56,735 nt of DNA from Phoronis australis (taxonomy: Eukaryota > Animalia > Phoronida). A program made the translations under genes and the position numbers. The stretch spans positions 1 to 56,735 of the forward strand of contig NMRA01000079.1 in assembly GCA_002633005.1 (NCBI GenBank), written 5' to 3'. The notes below the pieces were generated by a model. It was not told the DNA's origin. It did not search any database and saw only the letters and a program-made list of their open reading frames with translations. The number at the start of each line of letters is the position of its first letter. Within the stretch, counting starts at the first letter, position 1. This document shows positions 11,640 to 23,492 of this stretch, piece after piece.

Positions 11640-14600
11640 AAAACATTTATTAATCCAACCAACCATTACAAAGTTGTACAGCAATATGAAATCTAGTAAA
11701 GTCCATCAGATTAGAAACATTATCGAACCCTATAAAAGCTAGTTGCTAAGCAAAAAAGAAGACCACCTTGCCTGGAATCTCTCAGGAGCCAATTTATCAT
11801 TGTAAATAACTTTTTCCATGTTGAGGTAATCACATACCACCTCTTAAAATGACTGAAAATTGGGCCTAGCCTTTTGCAGTCTTTGCCTATATAAATGAAA
11901 TTTCGCTAAGCAAAGGATTAAAGTTACAACTTCCAATCTACAGGATGGATCTCCAAATAAGGCGGTAGATATATTTAACTGCAGAGGGAGATCGCACTAA
12001 TTCATCATCCATGTTTTTAAATATCTCCAAAATGTTTGAACAAGTGAACATTCCCAATAGAAATGTAGAATTGTTGTTAAAAAGAATCTTCTAATCCATG
12101 AAATTTTTAAAGACACATTAAATTTTTTGACATCAACCATCATCAATCCACCCTCTTCTATGAATTTAACGAGTACTCCTCTTTTTATTTTATCAGGTTT
12201 TCTGTCCCAAATGAATTTAAAAAACAAAGTTTCAATATCTCTAAAAGTAGTATCATTGGGACTTGGTAGCAGCATTAGCAGATGTATAATTTTTGGAAGC
12301 ACAAGTGTTTTTAATACTGTGACCTTCCCAAAGATAGTCAGCTTTCTACGAGACCATATATTAATCAGACTCTTCATTTCCATTATTTTTGCATCGAAGT
12401 TATCTTTGGACATGGTATCCAAGTTCACGCTGAAATTAAGACCCAGAAGCTTAAAATCAACGTCACCCCATTTTAGTTTCCAACGCGTGCGGTGAAACAC
12501 TTCTTGAGAGAATTTTCTGCTTCCAATCCACACTACTTTTGTCTTAGAATAGTTTATCGTCAGCCCCGACATCCCTGCATAGAACTCTAGGTTATTCATA
12601 AGCGCTGCCAGGGATCTTGGAGTTCCGTCTAACGTGAAAGTTGTGTCATCTGTGTATTGTGTTATAATGAAGTTTTCGTCGCCGATTTTAATACCTTTCA
12701 CGTCAGGATTATGTTTAATCAATATGGACAAAATTTCAGCACACTGTATAAAAATATAAGGGGAGAGAGGATCACCTTGTCGACATCCGCGTTCTAGTAT
12801 GAAGTTGTCTGACAGAAATCCATTTTGTATGACACGGGCAATTGGTTTATTATAAAAAGTTCTTATATATCGAATGATATTGGCTTTGAAATTGAAATTA
12901 TTCAGGACTTTGAATATAAAGTCCCAGGAAACACTATCAAAAGCCTTCTCAAAATCTATCAACACAAGTAGTCCTGGAATGTTGTATTTGTCTGTATACC
13001 TCATAATATCATAAATTAGTATTGTGTTCTCAGCCACGAACCTTCCTTTAATAAATCCAGTTTGGGTATTTGAAATCAGTTTATCTAGGACTTTTTTAAT
13101 TCTGTTTGCAACGCATCCCGAAGCCAGTTTGTATACACTATTCAGTAAAGTTATTGGTCGCCAGTTTTTCAGAAACTGTTTCGGCTTGTCTGGTTTTGGA
13201 ATACATGTAATAATCCCAGTCCGTAAATGCTTCGTTAAACACACGGACATTTAATGATACAAGAATATGGGAAGACTGGAAATGTGTTTTTGAAATATGA
13301 GGGGACCCAGAGAGTTGACCAGATGCCAGAACAGAAACTTAAGTAGTACTTTTTAACTTCGAAGTAACGATGAAATGTTTTCTCGTTATTTTTATGCACA
13401 GCTCTGTACGTTGTTGTGTTGTGTTGTGCTGTGTGTATATTTGTATATGTATTTGTCTTTTGTAATAAATGTATTAATTGTGAAAAAAAAATTGGATAGA
13501 ATTTTTCTTTCGATTGCACACAGTATAGCTTTTTGGTGTGTCAAACTTCGTCCAGTCTTGTCTATAAGTTTGTTTACATTCTTGTTCACGTAACTGCATT
13601 TTTCTAAGTTACTAAAACATTTGGACGGTTTTTCACCATCGTCGATCCATTTTGCCCGAGATCTCAGCATCATGCCTTTCACTTTGTCGTTTCTAATTTC
13701 TTCGTAATCTTTCTGCAAATCTGAATGAATTTCAAGGAGCAGAGCAGAATTATTGTTTTACATCATTTCTCTAAGAAGACTTAATGTCTCATGTAAATTA
13801 TTTTCACGTTGATGTGCTTTTTATTAAGTTCTTGAAAGCTGAATAAGACAAATTATAATTTCAAATATTCAACAGAATCATCTCAAGAAGAGAGTCGTCT
13901 ATAGTCGACTGACCGTCTAATAAAATGGAGTCGTTATCAGGAGTTAAATATTCCTTCTCGGTTTTAACTATAATGTCTTTCACATGACTAATGTATACTA
14001 CATCACGTAATAAGGATTTGTTAATTCGCCAGAGACCTTTGCCTCTAACAAATTTAGAAGGCTGAATGGTAGTGATGACACAATGATGATCGGTTCAATT
14101 ACCTGGGGACGTTCCTACATTTTCTATCCAAAAGGAAAACTCGCAGGACACTAAGAAAAAGTCCATTCGCTCTTGCTTACAAGGGTCAAATCTGAACCAA
14201 GTGTAACCTGTTCCGTTTGGATTACGCAATTGCCACGGGTTGACCAAATTTGATTGCGACATCAGACTGATAACTTGTTTTCTCAAAGCCTGATTGTTTT
14301 GGTACTTGTATCCTGAACCAGATTCCAGTTGCCGCAAAGGATTATAAAACTCTGAATTGTAGTCCGATACTACTTGAAGCAGGGTTCTAAAAATTCAAGT
14401 CATCCTTATTGGGGCCATAAATATTAGCTAACGTTACTGAGACCCGATTTTCAATAAATAATTCGACGACAACAAGGTTTCCTATGTCATCATGGTGAGT
14501 TTTACCAACTTCACATAAAAGTTATTATTAAGCAATATGCAGACACCTCTCGATTCTCTTGTCCCAGGGCTCATGAAAACATCATATCCCCACTGGGCCC

Positions 14601-14744
14601 TAATAACAGAAATTTCTAATTCAATAAAATGAGTTTCTTGAAAAAATAGATACCGCAACACTTCTGTCTCAAAAATTCAAAGACATCGTTTCTCTTTTGT
14701 CCCTTAGTCCTCTGCAATTTAAAGTTAAAGATACTAACCATCAT
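11640..14744 (-). mobile_element. L1/Tx1-clade LINE ORF2 (APE endonuclease + RT), degenerate
   Basis: Endonuclease: IYFFQETHF, QWG, SRGVCILLNN, NIYGPN, YTW...RMDFFLVS. Then LRSRAKWIDDGEKPSKCF, and RT: NWRPITLLNSVYK, IDFEKAFDSVSW, GCRQGDPLSPYIF, QYTDD. Poly-A signal at plus tttatt ~11646. Confidence 0.95.
13240..13491 (+). mobile_element. Short 5'-truncated retroposon 3' end inserted antisense in the Tx1 ORF2
   Basis: Reads ...TRIWEDWKCVFEI*, then a GT-rich 3' UTR, AATAAA at 13464-13469 and an A-tail at 13483-13491. It interrupts the host ORF2 between ILCAIE and KHLRTGIITCIPK. Confidence 0.55.
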
Positions 14745-16645
14745 GTTCCCACGAAAGGCATGACAAATCAGGCCCATGAATTAAAACACCAAGTGCGATG
14801 TATATAGAACGTAGAAAATTTGATGAATCAACAAAATTCTACTCAGAAATATATAAAAAGTAAAAAGCGCGTCGCTAAAATGTACTCAATGATATCTCCA
14901 ACGTTATTCACAAAAATTGGCCATTTTTACAATATTTCACTTGTGTCTAGCAAAATACCTTATCTTCATTCTCCGGGAACTTAAAATACAAAATATATAC
15001 CACGTAGCGAGAAAAAAAATATTTAGCAGAACCACCTTGGAACCGCAAAACCGCGTGGATATTTGTTTACTACATGTACTTATCCAAGGTCAAAGCTTAA
15101 AATATGGCTTTCAATTAAATCGAATCTCCCGCCAGGTACAGAACAGCTACGCCTATCCTCAGCCCTTTCATTCACAAAGTCACCATAACATTGAGCCAAC
15201 AAGGTGTACTTATGATAGAATGGCGCCCCGGAAAACAAAAACAAAACGTAGTTTTGATCCTAAAGGAGTTGTGCGTCTACATGCATACCACCGTTGGCGT
15301 TGAAAAGGAATGCTACAAGTTGCCTCAGGCCTCTGTGGTTATGAACACAGAAAGTTGTGAAAAGAGATAAATTCTCACCCTAATTCCTTAATTCAATTAA
15401 TAATTTAAAACTTCGATGTTTCGATCTTATGCTAACGACATACTTTTACTACCGATTTGATTTTTGTTAACCATTTCTTACTTGGCTTGGTATGAGTCTC
15501 GCCGCACGTGACGTGCTTAGAAAGTAGGTTGTACAAACAGTAAAAGTTATCTGGGAAAGAAACGTCTATTTGAGGTTTTAATAATTAAGTTAGTTAAGCA
15601 CTGCAAAGTCAGTTGACATTGCGAGTGAACGTTGAAACAGCTAACATAGTTAAGGATTGTACAGGTTATGTGCACCGAAATCAAGTTTTCACCGAATAAT
15701 TAGCCGAAGACTTTGAGATTTTCACGTGTCCCAGTTTAATCGGCTTTTTCTCGGCTTCGGCAAATCGATTTTATTTGAACATTAGGTCTCGAAAACGGGG
15801 ATTTCACTGAAATTTTCCAAAGTTAAAATTTAGTCACCAATCTCAAAAAATGTTAGGATTTTCGAAAAAAGGCCTAGGATTTGCGTAATGTGACAAAAAC
15901 GAATGCGGCTTCATTTTTTTACAAAAATACCTTACGTTTTGCGAGTTGATTTGTCATAGAAACCAAACGAACAGACTACTCTAAAATTCCTAACAGCATT
16001 TTTGAAGTAACTGGTGAAGTTTTTATTTAAAAAAGGTTTCATTAAAATCGACCGGGGATTACTTTGCTATGAATGTACCTTCTTAAAAATGAAATTTTGT
16101 ACTAAAAAAGGTTTTTACATAAAAATAATAATGAAACATAAATACAAAAAGTATATTTATGTTTACTGGTCTTTGTTCTTTCAGACAATATATACTATTA
16201 CTAGTTGACAAAGCTTAGTATTTTGATATACGAGTTAGAATGGAGGCCACTAAATAAGGTTGGAGATAACCTTAACCACCTCCATGATACACACTGGGCA
16301 ACAGCTAAGACGATACTCGCATTCATAGACCTGTGTTGATATGCAAATCAGTTGTAGGCACAATGACAAAATCAACTGAATATAATGCTGCCTGCATCAG
16401 TCAACTTTACAAGTAGATGCAGTGGGCCGGTGCCTAAAACAAGCAGAGAAAAGACTGCCCTATCTGTTACAAATAAGTCAATAGATAACGTAACGTAGAA
16501 AGGGACCAAAAACATACCGTCGGCAAAAGGCTGTGTAAGCATATTACAAGCAATAAACCAAACAATATTTTGTAGCCTGGAGAGTAGTAAAGTTAATGAG
16601 GTTATAGAAACACTATCTACACTCACACGCAATCACTGGACTTGT

Positions 16646-17225
16646 TTAAATTGACGACTCTCGCAAATACGCTGGACTGTCCTGAAAATTATCCACAGAA
16701 TACGACTTACGATCAATATGAAGTGCGTATCTGGTTAGGAAAACAGATTTCATTGAAGGACACGCCTTTGCAGCCTTCAAAATCGGGATGAACGGGTTTC
16801 TCCTCAGTACCATTAGCCAGGGAAAATCTTCATTCACAAAGAATTCTGTTCCCTTGAAACTCTTGTGCCCCGACCAAATTGTTTCTCTTTGTTCGAAAAA
16901 GGTGAATTTCGCAATGATAGTCAGAAGTTTTTCATTCTTTTTCAATGATGAAAACCGTTTTCAAAACAGAACATAGCCTTTCCTTAGGGACTCCCCCTCG
17001 CTTTCTTGAATGCCATCGAATCTAATGTTTGAATGGCGTGATTGAAAGTCGATATTACATAGTTATGTCTTCAGATTTTCATTTTCTTCCGTCAGCGCCT
17101 TTATGTTCGTTTCATCGTTTTTAGAGCGTTCGCTACTTTCCTTCTCCATTGAGTGACTTATTGCAATAGAATTCTTGATTTCCGACGAAGTTGAATTCAT
17201 ACTGGACTCAATTTGTTCCTTGCAG
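16646..17225 (-). mobile_element. L1/Tx1-type ORF1 remnant (coiled coil + RRM), probably from the 11640-14744 element
   Basis: IKALTEENENLK...DFQSRHSNIRFDGIQESEGES (SRRxNxR motif), then IIAKFTFFEQRETIW...FVNEDFP. Same strand as, and upstream of, ORF2. Confidence 0.8.
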
Positions 17226-18653
17226 ATAAAAAGTTACATGTAATTCTGGGTTTGTTATATTTGTTATTCGCCGAGACGAGGCCGCAACGAGCCTAATTGT
17301 TGAGCATTGTCTCATAAGCAATAGTAACAAACTGACAGTTCTTTTGATGTTATGAAATCAACAATTTGAATAAATCAAAAATTTGAGACCAACATCACGG
17401 CGGCAAATGGTGTTTTTGTGCTTTAAAATCATTGTCGTCGTCGAATACTAAGACAACTACTATAGGCTATTTGCGATTTATGACTGCAAGTTGTGTTGGA
17501 AGAAGAAACAGCGAAAACTTGGCTGCGCGCCAGTATGTTTGGATTCTAGTATTCGAGTTATGGTTTCTGTTAAGACATCCGTCCGGTTCCTCGTTTTATC
17601 CCATATGTATGAAAATATGGCCATTGTATATGCGACGTATTCAACTCTGATATACGGGAAAGTAGAGCCAATCCGTAAATCACGTTTGAAGCCGTATTCA
17701 ACAACGGTACAAACCGTATTTCACAGTTGGTGTGTAGTCTGGTGGTGGAGTAAATTCGCGTGTACAACGACAAATTTTATTGGGTTACGTAAATCATTAT
17801 ATCAAGGTATCGTTCTTGAAAAATCAGTTTTACTGCTCTAAAAACAGAAAAGATTTAACGATGAAAATTCCGACTTTCGGTGATCAAGCGGCTGTTTTTG
17901 GGCCTCGCTGAAGTTTCAATCAGGGTCATTTTTCAAGTAAATAGATCAAACTGAGTAAGGTCACCGGCCAGTAAATTCTGCCAAAATCTAATTCAAGTCC
18001 AACAAAAACGTTTCGTTATGGATGCATACAGTATATCTACCCTGAGATCTAAGGTCTTCACAGGAAATCAAGACCTATTAACTAGTATGTGTTTTTACTG
18101 AAGCAATCGTCTGCTCGCAGCGTTCAACTCTCCGTCGCCGGCCGTGGCGTAAAACTTCTACATTGCGACAGTCCTTACCTCAAATTCTGCTAATCAGCAC
18201 AATTTCCACTGTTATTTTCCAATGGTGTGATCAACCCGGGGAAATGTTTCTATTGCTATGTACAGTCCCGAAAATAAGACACGAAAATAGACCAAGAAAA
18301 CTAAGAAATCCATCAAAGCTGACAACAAGCTGGACAACTCAGTTCAGGGATTGTTTCAAATTTTATATTACGGGATGGATTGTTTCTAAGTTTTCGACAA
18401 ACTTTTGATACAATTTAAAGGTTCAAATGCTTACTTGTATATTTCACAATCAAAAAATTCCGATGAATTTATTACGAGATAAAACTTTACTGATTATTCA
18501 ACGCTTTCACAGATTGTCTTGTACATGTAGCTTAACCAGTTTTGGTACCGTACTTGCCATACAGTACATATGACGTCATATAACAACAAGTCGGATCACA
18601 TGGCAACACAGTATTGCCACGATGATGCAAATAAGTCCAAATAAATGGGATAA

Positions 18654-18820
18654 ATAGGTTTACCCACATACATAAGGATACTACTGCGATATCTTATCTC
18701 AAATTCATTTCATCTTGGAATCTCCCAACTCAACCTTCGGTCTCGTTGGGACATTCCAGATGAAAATGAATTCTCGATAGGATATGACAGTAGTATTCCT
18801 ATGCATGTGGGATAACCTAT
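18654..18820. repeat. Long imperfect palindrome (foldback, ~80 bp arms)
   Basis: ataggtttacccacatacataaggatactactg...tcccaactcaacc-TTC-ggtctcgttggga...cagtagtattcctatgcatgtgggataacctat. Confidence 0.85.
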
Positions 18821-20620
18821 ATGTATTCTGTTGTTACGCGTTTCAAGGTATCTTCACTTTGGACTCTTTGTTTTACTTATAAGCGTGGTGGCAGAAGTTG
18901 TTCTCACGGACTGAAACGGGTTTACTTATTGGCGCTGGGGTTTAACCAATGTTAACCCGGCAATATATGCTTGATATCTAACAGCTTCGAGGCTCTATTG
19001 TGTCAAAGAACTACCAAAAATAGTTTTTTCGCCAGTCCCGTGTTTTGCATCCAGATTAACATTTGCTGGAGTCTGGATAACAACTCTAATACCTGAGCGA
19101 AAAGAACTATTGCTGGCGAGTGAGCAGGACATGCGTTTTTGGTGTATTTGTGTTGGCTACTTTATATGAATCGAATTTCTTGGAGATTGTGTTTTACAAG
19201 CCCTAGTGTGGCTGGTTAGCAATAGCAAGTCACATGAATAAATAATAATTATCGAATCTATACATGTATATGTTTGTACTTGTGTACACGATCTTTAAAT
19301 TTTCATGAACAAGAACTACACGCGAGAAAGGCTAGTTTGGTCACGTGCTTCAGTTCATGGATATCTCGCGAAATTCATGCGTCTACTGAACGTAACCCTG
19401 GTATAAGGGCATAGTGCATTCCTGTAATCTTTTTCCCACAAGCACCAACTTGACAGTGAACTTGGATGCGTTCCGGAACGCCAGGTACTTGCGGCGAGAA
19501 AGTTTGATTTCTGTAACGGAAATAGTTTGTAAACGGCACAATCTCTCATGATTCGGCACTCCATCTTTGCCCTATTCCTGTGTACGCTGGCAACGGAAAC
19601 GAAGGCAACCTAAGTCTCGAAATGTTATCCTTTCATTCGCGTAAGCTTGTTGTGATCTTGCCCAACTCGTAAAAATCGCCTTAACGGAACGCACCCCAGA
19701 TTTCAGTCTGTTTTCGTTTATTTCAGAAATTGGAAAAGACGTTTTTTCACTACATGAAGCGCAACTCAATATCGATCCTCGATCCTATCACTGAAATATT
19801 ACAAAATTTGGCATAGTTATTTTTGCAACATTCAAACATTACCATTTTAATTGTCAATTCTGCAGTATTTTGGACTCAGTTGAAGCTTTGAAAATAACTT
19901 GTTAACGCATATAAAACTTTGCACAGGCTAGGGTTAATATCACTGCTAGGACTCATTGAAACTTTTAAGCGAATCCCATCATGAGTTAGCTCTTTAAGAC
20001 CACAAACTACTACAAATATACAATCTGTTGCAATTTTCAAATCGCGAAATTTTGTGGGAGCCTTGCAATCCTTTGTGGAGTTGTGTAAACTGTTGTTAAC
20101 GTCAAATTGCGACTTGTTGTACAGACCTTGAAAAGATAGAATTGAAATCCTAAGCTAATTTTAATTCGTGAAAGTCTCAGTGTCAGCCTCGAGGGCGATA
20201 ATTCTCCAAAATCCGCGAGGGCTCTAGAAATGCGGGATAACGACTGAGAACATGTAATAATCTATTTATACCACATACTGAACGAGAAACATTGCAATGA
20301 ATCGATCTATCTTTCTCGACTCGCCTCGGCTTCGTAACTATTTTCTAAGTCAGAGGCCCGGGGTCGGAGGTCGTGACCTTTTAAGAAAAGCCGAGCTATT
20401 TTTGTCAAATAATGCTTTTACTCAAAATCAATTGAAAAATATAACAAAATAAAAATAAAGTGAATCTATAAATTAAGGTTTAGCAACTATTATAGCTTAC
20501 TACCCATTTTATCACGACGCTAAGCTTCGACCCCATTGCTTTTCGTCTATCACGCTCGACCTCACTTTTGTTCTAGGAAAACGACCCCGAATTGCGCACT
20601 TACGTAATGTTTACTACACA

Positions 20621-21980
20621 ATGAAGAACTCACGTTGTGATATCAGAGTTATCATTGAGCAAAGCCTTTTGACTGCTGGTGACATACTATACCTCGGAGG
20701 TCAATCCAGGACCAGGCCCTCAGGGTTCAGCCAGCTTCAAGGTCTTATTCACTAACATCACTAGTAACAAGGCGAACAATCTTTCAAGAACAAGCAATTT
20801 ATTACAGAGAACAATTACATGGTCATGGCCATATGTGAATCCGGAACACTGTCCGAAGACAACCTCAGTGCACTTATTATTCCAGAATGCAACATTGCCA
20901 ACCACACTAACGCCGGGAAGGGGTTGATCTTGTTTGTCCACAACTCCTTAAATTACAAAACAATTGATACTAAAATTATACAATCAATGAATAACTGTTG
21001 GATTGAACTTGATGTCAACCACAAGAAGGTATATTATGTTTTTTTCTATAGCTCAACGTCCCATGACAGGAAAGCGTATTTCAAGACCTTTGCAGAACAA
21101 CTGCAAGAACTCTCACCAACTAATAAAACAATTGTTATCAACAGGGATTTCAACGAAAAAAACAGTGGTACTCAGAAGACAATGACAACCAAGCTGGCCT
21201 CGAATTATTCGATATTCTCCTCTCAAATGACTGTGTACAACTAATAAACGAACTGACACGTTTAACAGAGTATTCACATTCTTGCCTTGATTTATGTATT
21301 ACTAACAATCTCGGATTAATTGAATCCACTTTTGTAAGGCCTCCCAACGGTAACTCGGACCACCACGTTATAGAAACAACATTCACACTCAACTGCTTAC
21401 CTAAAGAACCAGACGTTATCAAACAAAACTGGAATTGCAACCTCATAAACATGGACAAACTGCGCACTGACATAACCACATTTTACTGGACTGAAATACT
21501 GATCAAAAGTGACATAAATGACACAGTTTCAGCATTCGCACAGTCACGCTTCAACATACTAAATAATAATATCAAATCAACCATGAAAACAATAAGAAAA
21601 CAAGAACAAACCGTGGTTTAACAATAACATTAAGACTAAAATAAATAAAAGAAACAAACTGTACAGATCGTTCAGAAAATCAATAACCCTTGCACGCTTA
21701 AGTGCTACAAAGAACAGTCCAAGAGTGTGGAAGAACTACCTAAAAAGACAAAACAAGACTATAAGATGAATATTTTCTCCAACATCAACAATGTCTCTAA
21801 AAATTCAAAGAAATATTGGGATATAATAAACAAAATTCGAGGACAAAATTCGAGGACAAAAAAAGCAATCTTCATACCCCACCATCCACTCAAAGGAATC
21901 CAACACTCAGGCGTCATCCAAAGCTGAAAAAAGTAAGTTATTTTCAAATACTTCACCGCCAAGAGTCACGTTGCACCAAT
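20621..21980 (+). mobile_element. CR1/L2-group LINE, 5' part (2A-like peptide + APE endonuclease + linker)
   Basis: LLTAGDI/EVNPGP, KVLFTNI, MAICES, GKGLILFVHNSL, INRDFN, SCLDLCITN, NSDHHVI, KPWFN, SKKYWDIIN, FKYFT. Confidence 0.85.
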
Positions 21981-22644
21981 TGACCTATCGCAAGCTCCGC
22001 CCCTATGCGAAAAGTCACGTGATACCCTACATTCGAACGAGATGTCAGAGGCAAATACACTGTCGCTAAACGACGTTCCTGATGGAATCGATGAGTGTTT
22101 TTGCACTATTTTAAAACGCATCGGCAGAGACAAGAGGCGATGCTTTTCAACAGTGAATCGTACGTTCATGATATGGGAATTTGTTAAGGTGACGATGAAA
22201 AAATAAGTGCTCGAGGAGCCAGTGAAAATCCGAAGAACCCCTCGGCCTCGGGACCACCTTCACCTGACAAATGACAAGGCCACTGATACGATATGTTCTG
22301 GTAAACCTGGGTATGTACCTTAAAGTCGAATTATCTGTACGATTCCATAGATTTCATGATCTTTCGAATAAAATTAGTGATTCACCGATATTTTTATTCT
22401 GTCGTCTGCTAAATTTCGCCAATTGAAAAGTAGGTCACAACTGGTGGGACTCCTGGAGTAAAGTAGGTCATAGATTACAGACAACACATGCACTATAGTC
22501 GCTGATTAGATCGACTCGATAGCTTTTCTAAACTTGTAACGAAATATTTTGATAAAAAAATTCAGGTTCATAGCTCAGGTACACACTCATCTCGTCCTCC
22601 GGTAGGTCTAGGGCTGTGTCTAAGTAAAATTAATGTCTGGAATT

Positions 22645-22972
22645 CAGTGGCGGACCTAGGATACCACAGGGGGCCCAACATATGTTGCCTCGTGGAATTG
22701 GGCAAAGTGCGATTGTATGTGCATAGTCGGCCCGAAACTTGCAGGGGTCAGGGATGTAGACCGTTGGACCTTCTGTTCAGAAAATCTATCGGTGGACTAA
22801 AAAAACAGGAACACGATTCCGCCGCGATCTGGGGTCTGAGCCCCCCTCTTCTGCTACCGGTCCTAGTTACTGAACTCAATATTTCCTCACGCTCTTGCCG
22901 TTTCGTTTTGCTTGCGGCAGCCAAGGGTTAGGGGGTCTGGGGCCTCTGCCCTCCCCCCTAAATCCGCCTATG
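22645..22972. mobile_element. MITE with CAGTGGCGGA..TCCGCCTATG termini and 5-bp TSD
   Basis: Flanked by GAATT (22640-22644 and 22973-22977), with a G/C-run-rich interior. Absent from the homologous site of the copy at ~7780. Confidence 0.75.
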
Positions 22973-23492
22973 GAATTGTCCGTTTGCACCATTAAGACAT
23001 TTAAATTAGGCTTGCCTTCTTATGAACTTGGCATTTTTTGTAGTTTCATTCCATAAAGGTAGCTTTCAATTAATTTTGAAGGTAGCATGGATCACTAAGT
23101 CGTGCTATGGTTACAAAAGATTACAAGTCTGGTGTGGTAGTTGCAAAGATAGGGTATTTACAAAAATAACTCCAATTGTTTTTTAAAGCTTCATAAATCT
23201 AAATATCATGTTTGAACCACTCCAAAATGAGCTCTCTCTAACTCTACAGACATAGCGTATACTAGAGGTACACGTCAAAAAGTAATTAAACAGTTTATTT
23301 TTAGTGACAACAGCTCGACCAAGGCTGTGGGTTCCGGCAGTAATCCAGTGCCCTTCCCTGTGCCGATTGAATCTCTGAATTTTGACCGGGAGAGAAGTTC
23401 AGTTGAATGCCAACTTACGGTTCATGAATAACAAAACTGTACCTCTGATACGAAACAAAATAATGTCCATTAGGTTGAAATAAATAAAAAAA

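Noticed and set aside
17395-18147. CACGG...CCGTG termini suggestive of a Chapaev/CMC element
   Set aside because: The inverted match is very short, with no TSD, no coding remnant and no second copy in the window.
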